A stretch of DNA of 64,000 bases, from the NCBI RefSeq assembly GCF_018977255.1, contig NW_024704772.1, positions 1,178,001-1,242,000 on the forward strand. Reading direction: 5' to 3'. The translations under genes and the position numbers were made by a program. This document shows positions 50,170 through 63,327 of this stretch, in pieces; position 1 is the stretch's first letter; the number at the start of each line of letters is the position of its first letter. The stretch is from Callorhinchus milii. Taxonomy: Eukaryota. The notes beneath the pieces were generated by a model. The model was given only the letters and a program-made list of their open reading frames with translations, had not been told where the DNA came from and did not search any database.

Positions 50170-53100
50170 TTTTGTTTTTATTAAAAACAGTGCTTTATTA
50201 CTGTTGGGAAGGGTGTCCCCTCCTTCGAGTTTATAAAAGCCAGCAACAAGATCAATAATTTATACATGGGAAGTAATACAAAAGGAATAATAGTCCATGT
50301 CCTATCTACTTAACATTCATGATTATATCTAATTATAACCCAATGAATACTGCTCGGTGATGAAGCTACTACAACAGCTATCATATACCACACTTCCAGG
50401 GAAACGTTCACAAAACGAAGCAGAAAGAAAGATCGTTTTCACACTAAGTTGAGTTTTTAAATGAAGGTTAAAATACCATCTGCTTAAGATTTTGCTTTGA
50501 GCTTTTTTTTTAATATATTTTAGTGTTTTTGTTTTAAATTCCCTTTCCAACTTCTCCCACATCACAGCCTCCCCGACCCCTCGCCCTTCCCCACTCAGGG
50601 ACACCTCACACCACAGACCTCTCTCTCTCTCTCTCTGACTGACAGCTCAAGATGTGGTTCCTTTTGACAGAGGGCAACTGTGCCTCTCACCCTCCAACTT
50701 TGGTTTGCCTTCAGGGGAGGGTGGGGAGAAAGAATGACGGGGAGAGAAAGGGGGTGGGGTTGGGGGAGAGAGGACACTGTGGAATAGTGCTGCTACAGAG
50801 TGAACTGCGTGAATGTGAACGGGAAGAACCAATTTAAGCAAAAACAAGGACAAATCGTTCAAGTATCAGCATCGTCCCCTTCACTGAGAGCGGCTCCAAC
50901 TCACTCACTGCCGTCTAAACAAAGCGAGTTTCCTATTCTGGCAGTAAAAGGGCAAAAGCACACGGATACCCTCTCACACACTCACACACACACTCACTCA
51001 CTCACACACCCACTACACTCAGTCCCACACAACCGGACTACACCTAAATGGTGTTCCATCATGATTTACTCCCTACAGGAAAGCTGTGAAGTGCCAGTTC
51101 CTGATGGAAGTGAGATTTGTTTCCTCTTCCTTCCTTCCTTCCCTCTCTCTCTCTCTCGCTCACAGTCACCAAATGAGCCTTGAAAACGCAAAGCAAAACA
51201 TTTCACTACAAAATAAATCGGTAAATGAAATAAGATTGTTCTAGTTATCTGCTCAGCAGTGAAGCAAACTGTAGCTGTAGTGCAAAGGCACTGAACCAAT
51301 AACTGGTCACAACACCATAAAACAGATTCAAAGTAAAATCGTGATTTGTAGTCAATACATACACACACATATATATAATAATAATCCTTGCATTTGATAC
51401 AGCGCCTCATCACGTCTTAGAGACGTCTCAAAGTGTTTCACAGAATATACTGGAAAGTGAACTGAATATACTTTGTGGGCGAAACTTGGCCGGCAATTGC
51501 GCACAGCAGTGTGCCACAAACAGTCAGTCGTGGATTGAGTGACCCAATTATTATTATATATATATATTATATATTTTGGTTGAAGGGATTATTAGATTAT
51601 TATAAAGTCAATGACATCTCAGCGTCGCACACAATATCCCCCGCTAATATATGCCAGTTGTGGGTCTACTTTTCCTCTATTGTCATTTAGTGTGGTTACA
51701 CTAGTCGTGAGAGCTACCAGGGGACAACATGGAGCAGGACGCTAAGTTACCTTTTATTTATAAGGTCCGTTCCTCAGAGAGATGAGACGTTTGTGTGAAG
51801 GTTTCCCCATTACAATGACAACTAAAATATTTATATACAAAAAACATAATTGTCATAACAGCGATAAACCACGCTTTGGCTTGCAAAAACAATATTATAA
51901 TTTAAGGTGGCCAAAAGGGCGGCAGTTTGTGTCCACTACTCTAATGTCCCTTTTTTTTTCTTCCAAAAAACAAAACAATGTTTGAATAGCTTCCTAAACC
52001 GGTGGGAATACAGAGCACAGTGTGGATACCACGATCAGAGTAAGTGATCACATTCCACAATGCTAACTAACGTGCACAGCTCAATCCCTCTCCACCCCGA
52101 CCGCCAACCGAGTTCCTACACCGGCACTGGGCTGACTAACAGATGGAATATCCTTGATAGACTGAGGGTTTGGGGACAGCACGAGGTTAGCAACACTGAG
52201 AAGCTCTCCAGCTCAGCCAGCGAGAGACTGGGCCGGTGATGAGTGTGTTTGGCCGGCATTGGGTTCTGCCGAGCAGGTTTTTCCACGCTCCTTTTAAAGG
52301 TTTTCAAGCATCTTCAATGCCTCTAAAAGGTTTGCCAACATCACCAGTAGTGGCTTCTTGTTAAAGAAACAGACTTGCTCTGTGTCCCTCCCTCCCTCCC
52401 CCTCCACAAACCATGAATATCCTACAAATCTCTGCTGGCTTTGAGCTCGTACTCACTCCCACAATCATCCCCTTCCCATTCCCCTTTCCTTTCATCTCTT
52501 ACAAGTGAGTGCAACCCAGAAGCTAATCCATACATTTCCTGCACAGCACCAACAAGATTCCTAGTCTGTGTAACTGATCAGAAACAGCGGTCAATGAAAT
52601 AAAGGCCTCAAAACAACAACAACAACAACAACAAAAATCAGAACCATTGCACCAGGTGATCGAGTCGGACAAGCGTTTGATTGAAAAAGTCACCAATTTT
52701 CAGACTGAAAGTAAAGAGCACATTCCCTGGGTTGTGACTCCCTTCACCATCTATCTTAGGCTACACTGAAAAGAACACACTTTCCACAGGATAGTTTGAC
52801 TGGGTAATAACATCAGTATGTTTACAATAGAGGCCTGACATCATTAAAAATAACACAGATTTAGTGCCAACGTTTTTAAACTGTGTCACATCGAATGTGT
52901 AGTGTAATACCAGCCCTGCGTCCACCACCAGGGCACGAGGAGGCAAGCTACATGAAACTGGGATCCCAATGCATTTGATCCTCAACAAAACTGTTTGGGG
53001 GGTCAAAGAAAATAAAGTAATTAACAACCTTGCTTTGTAAAGCCACCGAGTCTGAGGCACGAGCAGGAACAGAAAATAAACAAGCCCCGTGTGCCAATGT

Positions 53101-53838
53101 GCACATCCTTTGCTGTTCACTGGCTGCTCAGACAATGTGAAACATCAAGGTTTCTCCCCCCTTACTGTGTTGCTGTCATCAGCTCGGTGCAATTTAGCAG
53201 CGTTAGGAACAGGCTGACAGTCTTCCCCTTTGGATATGCACAAGCGCAGACACATCCGTCTACTCTTAGGAAAATAGGCCATTATTGTTTTCAACCCAGA
53301 TGTGCGCAGTGATGTCTCCAAGGTGTAATGAAATTGAGCTCCATTGTAGCCTCTCACACACTGCAGGCCGCCCCCCTCGGCCTCCCCAAGCATCACCTCC
53401 CACTCTGGACTTTCACTAACCTCTACTTGTGACTTAAGTTGTTTTGTTTTTTTTTCCTGTTTGTTTCACTCTCTTCTCTGCTGAACATGATTTCATAAAT
53501 GTCACTACACACACACACACGCACGCGCACACACACTCACACACGCGCGCGTGCGCACACACACACACAAAGAAATGCACTTTATACCACAGTTAAAAAC
53601 TGTTTTGCACAATCTTTGGAACAAAAAAAAATAAAGGCAGAAACGTAAGGAAAAAAAATACATGTTTAGAAGAACATAATGAGGTATAAAAAAGTAGCTT
53701 TCTCTCTTGTGGATTGTTTTTTTCCTCTCTTTTTCGTGTATTTCTCATGTGAAGTTGCTATAAAGTTCCACTACTCGTAATATTGCAACACCCAGGCCTT
53801 GGGAAAGGGCTGTTCCCATTGCAGGAGTTCACATCACT
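50170..53838 (-). other. RBFOX2: RBFOX2 long 3' UTR; distal end uncertain
   Basis: Follows the FAPY stop; AATAAA signals (tttatt on +) near 50177 and 50194; let-7 7mer-A1-type match TACCTCA at 53680-53686. Confidence 0.55.
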
Positions 53839-56800
53839 TTAGTAGGGAGCAAAACGGCTGTATCCGCCTCGGTATAAACTAGCCTGAAAAAGAGAGAGCT
53901 CGTTAGAAAAGCACAGCACATCGGCAATATACCCTTCTAATCAGCCTACGATTAGCGCGAGATTGATTATAAGTCGGTGCTGGTGCAAGGCAGCAGCACA
54001 GGACATGTACACAGAGCTTTTCACGTTGTGTCTAAGGCACCGGACAGTCATGGATTTGGCCTCGAGCTGGGGGTTGGGATCAGGAGGGATGGAGGGCAGG
54101 GAGGGTAGGGGTAGGAAGGCGACCGAAGGTGCGCTCGAAGAGGAGCGTCTTGTGACGACGGGCTGTGCTGAACTCTGTGCTGCCTTACCGCTCACAGCTG
54201 CCGAAGCAGAAAGCAGAACACTGTGCAAAGGTAAATCGGATACATACTTAAGGAAAAATAATATTAAAGGGCACAGGAGAAAGAGCAGGGGCTGGGACAG
54301 TCAGAGTTCCAGTGAGGGAGCTCGCACCAGCAGACACGATGGGCCAAATGACCTTTCTCTGGTAATACAAATGTTCTCGGGTTCCTCCAACAATTACCCA
54401 GTTGGGTGAATATCAGTAGGTAAACACATGTGGCACAAACAGCTACCGTAACCTCCTGATCCACCATCAATCAAACAGCTGTAGGACTTCAGGTCAAGTC
54501 AGTAAAAGGCAGTGGGGAAGTACAGAGAATTGACAATCGGGGGTGTAGGAGCGTCTACAGCTGCCATTTGGGGGTAGAACAGAGATAAACACTTTGGTCC
54601 AGACTGATTAATAGCGCGGGATCCAATTGAATCTCGGGAGTACGTCTTCCCCTCCCATTCCTGGTTTCAATTGCAGATAAACTATTATGTTTTTAAAGAA
54701 TCCGGCCCTTAACCGTGCATTTGTTTCTTGAGTAGATATTTATCCAATTCTTATCTGAAGGGGTTAATTCGCATCAATTGCTTTTGTGATGCATTAACCA
54801 ATCAAAACCTAATCCATCACTTAAATTGAACGCAGTGCCTGTATGTACGTTGCAGAGATTTGCCGATCAGATAGCAGCGGACACCGGCCACACAGATATG
54901 GCAAAATTAAACCATTTCTCAGCTTGCCTGATAACACTAACAGGTTGCCAGGCTCCAGACAGATTCAATTAAGGAGGATGGATGGCACCTCGGCTGCAGT
55001 CACATCAAATGTGAACCATTTCACTTTCTGATTGCTTATCAGCGCCTTTGCTTCCCAAAGAATTACCGACTAACAGCAGACAGGCCGTTGCTTTGATTAA
55101 GCCACCAAGTGCAGATAATTTACTCCACTCCGCCTATTAAAAGTTCTTCCTAAATTCCCATTGTGTGCTGCACTGCCTCTGCCCACTGTGTATTCAAGCT
55201 GCTTCTCTGCTTCAGATACTCTGTGCCCTGTTTCCTTCTTGCTCCCCAAAGCCTTTAATATTCAGGCGTCTATCCAATTCCCATTAATCTATGGCGTCTA
55301 CTTTAATGAGTTGGCAGCAGATCGCTGTGTGTTGGGGCATTATTCCAGTTACGTACATCGAGAAGGTCAACATCGGAAAGCTTGACCAGTTGACTTACCA
55401 CAGCGCTGACTCCGTAGGTGGGAGCAGGAGCGAGCGTGTGGTAGGGGTCCGCTGTGTAAACCCGCCCATAGCTGTGGAAAAGACCAACACAAATCAATTG
55501 ATTACAATTGCAGAGGCAGAAATGCATTCGTTAGTCGATTGGGGAATGGCTTATCGGGGGTAATAATCCCTTCACTCAATCCACGACTGTTTGTGGGACG
55601 CTGCTGTGCGCAATTGGCTGCCATGTTTTGCCCACAAAATATACGAGCACTATACAGTATATTCTGTGAAGCGCTTTGAGACGTCTCAATAACTTGATAA
55701 GGCCCTGTATCAAATGCAAGGTTTGGTTCGGGTCCTTTCAGAGAATGACAAGTGATGTTCCACTAAGGTAATACGCACAGTTCATAGTTCCCTCACTAAC
55801 AGGCAATCAAATTGAAAGCACTTTTTCAATAATGCAGGTTTCATGAGAACAAACTCAGAAATAACACACCCAGTTTATGGCTGTGACGGCCTTGCCCATC
55901 CCTTGCGAAGGAAACAGTACTGATGAATGTGAGAGCTGCTGTGAGGTGAGCTCAGGCCCTTATGTGACGTTGAATGCCACTGCAGTGTCCAATTGCAAAC
56001 GCACAGAGTGAAAGGAGCCAGAGCTGGGGAGTGCGGGTGGCACTTACCTGTCACTGTACGCTGTTGCGGTGGCAGTTGCTGGCTGTGCATATCTATAAGC
56101 TGCATATCCTCCCTGGAACAAACAAGAACCTGCTTAAGTATCGTGGAGACACACTGTCTGTCAGCAGAGCAAATCAATAGCAAAAACTGCATTTGTTTGG
56201 TATATTCCAGACTTTTCAAAGCCAAAAACACTGATGGGGAGCAATACTTTGTTGTGGTTTGACACCAGATTTCAGTTAGCCTTTTGTTGCTCATGTCCTC
56301 GCATATGACTTGACGTGTCTCACCAGAACAATTTAGAAAGCCTGACCATCCCGATTCTCAAACTACCCAGTGGAGGATTGTGGACAGAGGATGCCGTGGC
56401 GGTTAACCTGGGACTGGCTCAGCACTGTGCATTAACTCCACTTTCAGTCTGCTCTGCACCGTGCGATAAAGTCAGGTCTCCAGACAAGCTCACTCATCAC
56501 TGTGCGAATGACTCAAGTCTTGGCCAACATTCCCACCTGCTCTGCACCAGGCAATAATCCTGATCTCAGCTAAAAAAAAACTCCCATCTGCTCAACAGCC
56601 TCCAGTACAGAACCATTCACCTTCAGCTGCTCGGGCCCTGCCTTACCAGTGAAGTCCCTGGGGAAAATGTAGATGGGGAGTGAGGATGGGATCAGAATTG
56701 CCACCCTGGCAAAAAATTGGAAGAGGACAAATCCAAGAGGTTTTTGTGGTGAAACTAATCTAGCGAGTATTCAAGTTAGAGCAAATTCTCACTAGAACTC

Positions 56801-59800
56801 CTGAAGCAATTTTCTATCATTGTTGCAGTCTTCCCTCGGGGATGTAGCTGTGCACTGCCTACTGAACGATATATAAACAAATGCAGTTTTTGAACAACAG
56901 TTCTATGTGAGTAGAATTGAGTCCTTATTGTATAAACAGTCAAGCTGTGGGTATCCATCAATCAGGAGAAATCGGAGCATGCGAACATCCGAATCTACAG
57001 CACTAGCAATCACCAACCAAATGAACCACAGGCTAACTCTGGCCGTCCCAGCATTCTCCAGAGGATGGCCCTCAGCCCTATTCTCTATGGCAAGCCGAGT
57101 GAAGGAAACAGCCTGGATTACTAGAGCGTGCAGCAGGATCTCGAGTATTATATATATATGTATATATATGGAGATAAAAAAAACATTCACGATCACCATT
57201 CACTCATTGCAGCTTCTCCCGCGTACCTGAGAGGTTAACATTCACATCAAGCAAACCACATTAAAGGTTCTTGCTGCAGTTAGAGATGGGAGCCAGGATA
57301 CTAACCAACCTCCAGACTGTTTAGCTGGTATTGTAGGAATTCTGTGATTTGATGGGAGTAGCGCCTTCGGGATTCCTTCCTTTAGCACAAACGTTTACTA
57401 CCAACCAGGGAAAGCAAAATCCCAACATGTTATTAGTGGTCAAACTACATTGTCTACCACAACAGCTGAATTCTATAGCTCCCCATATTGCCTGATGGGT
57501 AAGAAGCCCTAACGTTGCACATTTGTATGTTGGATCAGTGGAGAAAGGGGGGCCCGTGGGGAGTAATGACAAAGTCTGCTCTACTCACTCGGCTCCTGCA
57601 GCTGTGTGTGAAAAGAAATCAAATAGCCACAATTCAACCAAAGTGCACCTAAATATTCATTACCCATCTCCAGAAAAAGATTTCAGTGCATTAACAAGAA
57701 AGCTCAGAACATTCGCTGCTATCTTTAGCAGACGTTACGTATGAAAGCAGTATCAGTCGGGTGCTGATCTGAGCACTGAAGCTATGTATAGATGGGGAAG
57801 GAGACTGTATTTGTGGCACATTGTACTGAATGGAAGTGACTTGCTTCAATTGGAATTCGATGCTTGAATTGCATTACGTTCCTATCCGCAGGCTCCTGTA
57901 TGATTAACGCACTGCAGAGATGCTTCCATATTTCCCAATGATATCGCTGCCTCCTTTTTAAATGCAATATATATATATATATATTAAATGACATGATTCA
58001 TTTCTCTTTACTGATTTGTATCCACTCACCAGAATGGAATCATTCTCTTTTGTGCTTGGATGAAGCCTGAGTTCTCAAACTCTGAGCTCACTGATGATAT
58101 GAGGACTGGGGGGAGTCCAGGGTTAAAGCAGTGTCTGGCTCCTCACCACCTGTACAGCACCTTCTGATGGAAGTGAATGAACTGAAGGGTGACTCACACC
58201 AGTCCACTCCTGCACAGCTCAGTGACTGGTCAGATTGAATGGGATCACTGAAGCCTAGCGGGAACGCGCCCCCCCACCTTCGCGACAGAATGGTGAGGAT
58301 ATTTTTAACTCTTCGTCTGCTGAAGGGGCAGGCACATGCACTGAGGCGGATAGATTTCTGTTAGGTCAGGGTATCAAGGGATATGGGGCCAGGGCAGGTA
58401 ATTGGGAGTTGAGGTGCAGATCAGCCATGATCTTACAGAATGGCGGAACAGGCTCGAGGGCTGAATGGCCTCCTCCTATGCTGGGATCTGGTAGCCCTTC
58501 GCTGTGAGAACGCACAGAGAGCGAGGCCACGGGCTATGTGATATTTGAGCTCAATGGGAGTGAACCTCAGACTTTCCTGGTCTGAATAGCTTAGCTTGAT
58601 ATTGGGCAGTGTGTTTACTGAGGAACTATAAAGCTTTTTATAAAAGGGAAGAGGGATGGGGGGACATAAGGCACAGAAATCTCTGGGACTGCCAAAATGT
58701 AGTGGTTCTCTGGTGCCGCTTCCATCTATGAACTCCAGCTTCATCTCCAACATAAAGGTAAGATAAGAAGCTTTATCCGATGTGATTTGGGTGTTGGAGT
58801 ATGCTGGATCACAGCCTTTAACCTAAGTCAATCAGATAGGATGAGCTACTGGTTCTCCGGTGAAGTACTAAGTGTTCTAAGTAAAATGCGTTATGCAGTC
58901 TCAACCCAGCCCAGAATAGGTAGCATTAGCCACCCTATACTTTGGCCACTGGAAGAATAAGAAAAAGGTTAAGAAGAGAAACTCAAGTCCACAAGTTGTG
59001 AAACCAATTGTTTAGCTTGATTTAGTGCCCGCTCCCATCCGTAACTGCAGTCTTGCTGTTAGTAGGATTTGTCACTGCAATCACAATCTGTGCGATTGGT
59101 CTCCACACATTTCCATCATACCTGCGGTAACTTACTGCTATACACTGGTTCCTGATACACTATTCTATAACAAAACACAGGGGAGAATATTGGCGACGAG
59201 GCTGGAAAAGAAATAACTAAAAAGAGTAGAGACCCTTGTTGGATAAAGCCATTCTGTTATTAGAGTATGCTTCACACCGAGGGAGCTGAATACTAACACA
59301 AGTGAAAGCCGTGTCATTAGAACTGCATGCATTAGAAACTCATGGATTAAGTTTGCTCTGTGAGCCTAGGGCATTCTTGTGCTAAATGCTCCTGTTTCAT
59401 TGTGAAACCTTTAAGGAAACTTAAAAAGAAAATTAAAAATATAAACAGCAATATTATAGAGCACGGACATCAAGCCTCCCCACATGACTTTATCAGCAGC
59501 TCAGCTCAGCTCCCTCAAGTGTGTAACTGTGCTGAATACTGCAATCATCAGCTTACAGCATGCTTGTTGCCACAGAATAAACAGAATACCTGACTGAATG
59601 GGAGTCGGAACTCAGATTTATGTCATAATCTTAATCTAGCAATGCCATGCTAACTAACTATGAAATTAGTGAAAGGCAGGCTGGCCAAAGACATCACTGC
59701 AAGCTAAGACGAGGTTCAGCATACTGGTTTGAAGAATGGCTTCATCAACACAAGAGGGACAAGGTGAAATGGCGTTGATACTTACATAGAGGTCGGCACC

Positions 59801-62800
59801 ATAAAATCCATCCTGGTAAACCACACTGCAGGGATGCACACAGAAACACTCTCATTACTGCAATTCCAACATGCAAGGGCTCACAAAGGCAAGGTTTGTC
59901 ACAGCACCCGAGAACATTCTCTCTCCACTGGAGACTTGCTAGTTTCAAAGTAACTTGGATTAAATAGGGGTCATTTCTTTTCAACGTGTATAACTCCAGG
60001 GTTTAGACTATTTAACCAGAAGACAATCCGAACGGTTGCCATCTTTATCCGTCTATTTGTTACAAAGAAGCAGCACAATATTTACACTGCCTCGTTCAGA
60101 GATGTGTGGGAGGTTGTTCTACATTGCTGTACTTTTAGGACTTGGAGAAGGTTCCCTTTGGGTTAGACTGCAGGTAAGCCGAGACTCTGAAAGTTTCTTT
60201 AACCCTCAAGCTTTTCATCTCAATTACACCTTTCAAAATGTAACACTTGCAACAGATCAGAAACACAACAACAAACTGCTTCAGAGATTTAGAGAAAACT
60301 AAGAGTGGGAGATGAGAAGGCACATGACATGTTTAAGTATCTCAAATGAACAGACCTACAAAGGTCTCAGGCTCGTGCACACACGACCAGTTTACTGTTC
60401 AGATGCTGACAGCCAAGTCATTGTTACCCAGATTCTGTCTGGCCTTTTGCTCAGGGAAACATGCATGAAACGGGGAAGAAAAAACTTGGGGATATTACAG
60501 AAGTGCCACCAAGAAGTATGCGTGCGTACCTATAAAATCGACAAAGTAATGCAGAGAATTTGACACTGAATTAACGTGTCCGATCAATGCAACTCCCCTA
60601 TGCCTGAATTCTTTATGGGCACTCCAAATGAAATGCTATTATAACAACCATCAATTTAATGTAAAATACATTCCACATGAGTGCAGGAATAAGGGTTTAA
60701 GTCAAGTCTTTGGTCCTAGCTTATCTCAGCAATTCCTCTGCCCCATTGACAGTGTTCAGTGTATTTCAGATGTCAGTTTGACAACTCTACTTCTCTTTCA
60801 CTTAAGACAAACCTTGCCTCTAAGCCATCAGTGTCAATGTTAGTTAACATATCTACATGCTTCTACAAGTACAGCCCTGAAGGCTAATATTATCAGTAAA
60901 CCATGCTTGTGCTAGGGTTCCTGCTGAATACCTATCTCCGAGATTGGTAAAGCTTTCTCCCTCTCCCACCCCTCCTCTCTCTCTGTGAGACACATCTCTT
61001 TATGCCAAGATCACCCAGGCTTCCTGATCTCTTGCAATAACCACTACAAGATGTTTGAAAGCAGCCCCAAATGACCAACTCCCTGACTGAAGGAAGTCAC
61101 CAATCCGGCACTCAACAGCTTTCTTTGACTTGTCAGATGCTGAGCTCACTGCATGGGGAGAGTGTAGGAATAAACCCAGGCTCTGGCACTCTGTGCCAAC
61201 TATAGTGCTGCAGCTTACCACAGCAAAGCACAAGACAATGCTGTCTTAGAGATAGCTCGCATTGGGACCAACACCCAGACTCTTATCTCCCATGGCACTG
61301 CTCAAGTATGCGTGGTCCTGCCAATACGTACAGTGGAGAGAGCCCAGAAAACCTGAATAGGGAGCAATCAGGAGAACTTTTAATTGGATTCTGGGACCCA
61401 GGCAATTTATAAATCTCTGTTTCCTTTGAGAGGTTTATTTTTAAAGCAACTGTGTAACATGCAGGTATTTGAGAGAGGAAACACTTTATTGCTTGTAAAT
61501 TCACACAACTTTAGATGCTGTTGGGAGTTAACGTTTTGGATCAGAAATATATAATGTACGGCTAAGAAACGATTGACAAGACACCAACTGATAATCAGGG
61601 CCACATTTGGACTTCCCCAAACAGCATGTGCACAAAGTGCTGTTGCTGGAATTCCAACATAAATCACTCCAGTGAGTGGAGATCAGCTATTCAGACCCCT
61701 GATCCCTCACATGATGTGTGTGCTGTGATGAGAAGCCAGGTCAGGCGCTCGCTCTCCCTCACACACACACACAGACACAGACAGGGAAGATCAGAGGAGC
61801 AGATATCCGGAGCTGCTTTCATGTCTCGCTCGCAGGCCTGAATGGCGCACTAAGGACAATTTGATATGGAGCAGCAACCCTCATTCACTGAAGGGCACTC
61901 AAATAAAGTAAGTTATGTCACACGTACGTAGACACCAGCATCACATGCCATGTTACAGGAGATCTGACCACTAGCATCTATAAAGGAATCTCTGTTTTGC
62001 TTGGGAAGACAGAAGAAGATTTTTTNAAAAAAAATAAAGAGCTAAATCAGGAAACTGTAAAGCCTGAAACACTGAGAGTCAGAGACTCCTACTGTTACTA
62101 AAACAAAATGCTTAATGTCAGCTATCATTCAATTTCTATATTAACAGGAGATTAGGAATATGAGGAATGGGACAGTGAATTTAATACTGTTAAACCTTCC
62201 AGTCACCTTGTACTATTTTTCAGTGGTTATTCTATTAATACCCAGACTAAAAGCAATGCATCACAAGTATATGTAACATTATAATCAATATTACCAGAAT
62301 CCACACATGCAGTTTGAAGGCTGGCACTCAGTTACTTTAGGTCAGGGACGTAACAGCTGATGTCCCCCCTCCACAGACCTGGGCCCGAAGGCCACTGTTA
62401 GCCGGCTAACCCCACACCTTCCAAACCCACACAACTCAAGACTGCTGTTAGTGGTGAGGTTACAAGCTGAATCATCGGGGAAATGGAATGATTGGGTGTC
62501 TGTCTCTATTGTGTTAGGTTTGTATCACAGTTGTATTTCTTTGTAAATTTCATGCACGGATGAAGCGAGTTCACACCCAGGCAAGAATCCTTACCCTCCA
62601 TAGGTGGGGATGGCTGTAGGAGGTGCTGCTGCCCGGAATGCACTATACACTGCCCGTCCGCGACCTCTCAGGGCACCTCTGAGCGCGGCTGCAGTGGTGG
62701 CTGCGGGGTAGGGGAAGCCAGGCACTGTGGATGTGGAGAAAGCAGAGGGAAAGAAAAGTAACGTAGTTATGACTCAATTAGATGGGAGGATAGCCAACCA

Positions 62801-63327
62801 CACCGAACTCCCAGAGTGATGGGAATCAAACCATCACAAAAACACAGAGGCAGACAAGGGGATATCGTAAAGCAAACATGACATTTTATTGTTTAAAACA
62901 AAATTAACACACGGGTTCTATAATAATAATTATGTTTGCATTTGATGTAGCACTTTATCACGTCGCTGAGACGTCTCAAAGTGCTTCACAGAATATATTG
63001 TAAGGTGAATTGACTGTGAATTTTATGGGGGGAAATGCAGCAGCCAATTGCACGCAAAATAAGTCTAATTTTAATTAACAGGCAACAATTTGAAATTGCT
63101 TTAGGTGCATCAACTCGCACACAATAGCAAACCATCATGAACTCGTTCAAGAGGCTAAACCAGTGACTTGAACTCACCCACTGCTGCAGGCTCTCCACAA
63201 TATCTGGGGGGTACAGGAGGCAAAAGGAACATCCGTTATCAACTTTTCTTACCGTTATGTGTCGGGCTGAGTGCTGTCGAGGCGACAGGATGTAGGTGAA
63301 AGGGTAACGATGATAACGATGCAGGAC
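53839..63327 (-). CDS. RBFOX2: RNA-binding Fox-1 homolog, C-terminal exons; RRM and 5' part lie beyond the right edge
   Basis: Exons 63253-63327 (candidate), 62595-62724 ([43 protein letters not shown]), B40 59786-59825 ([13 protein letters not shown]), M43 59122-59164 ([14 protein letters not shown]), 56048-56112 ([21 protein letters not shown]), 55399-55471 ([25 protein letters not shown]) and 53839-53883 ([14 protein letters not shown]). ADLY, RVYTAD and [11 protein letters not shown] favour RBFOX2 over RBFOX1. Confidence 0.92.
58340..58480 (+). mobile_element. CR1-type LINE 3' end
   Basis: gggtatcaagggatatggggc...agatcagccatgatct...gaatggcggaacaggctcgagggctgaatggcctcctcct. Confidence 0.65.

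Noticed and set aside
53145-53259. Possible alternative RBFOX2 terminal exon (…RMCLRLCISKGEDCQ or TDVSALVHIQR)
   Set aside because: The acceptor is weak and I recognise no homology; it is better explained as 3' UTR.
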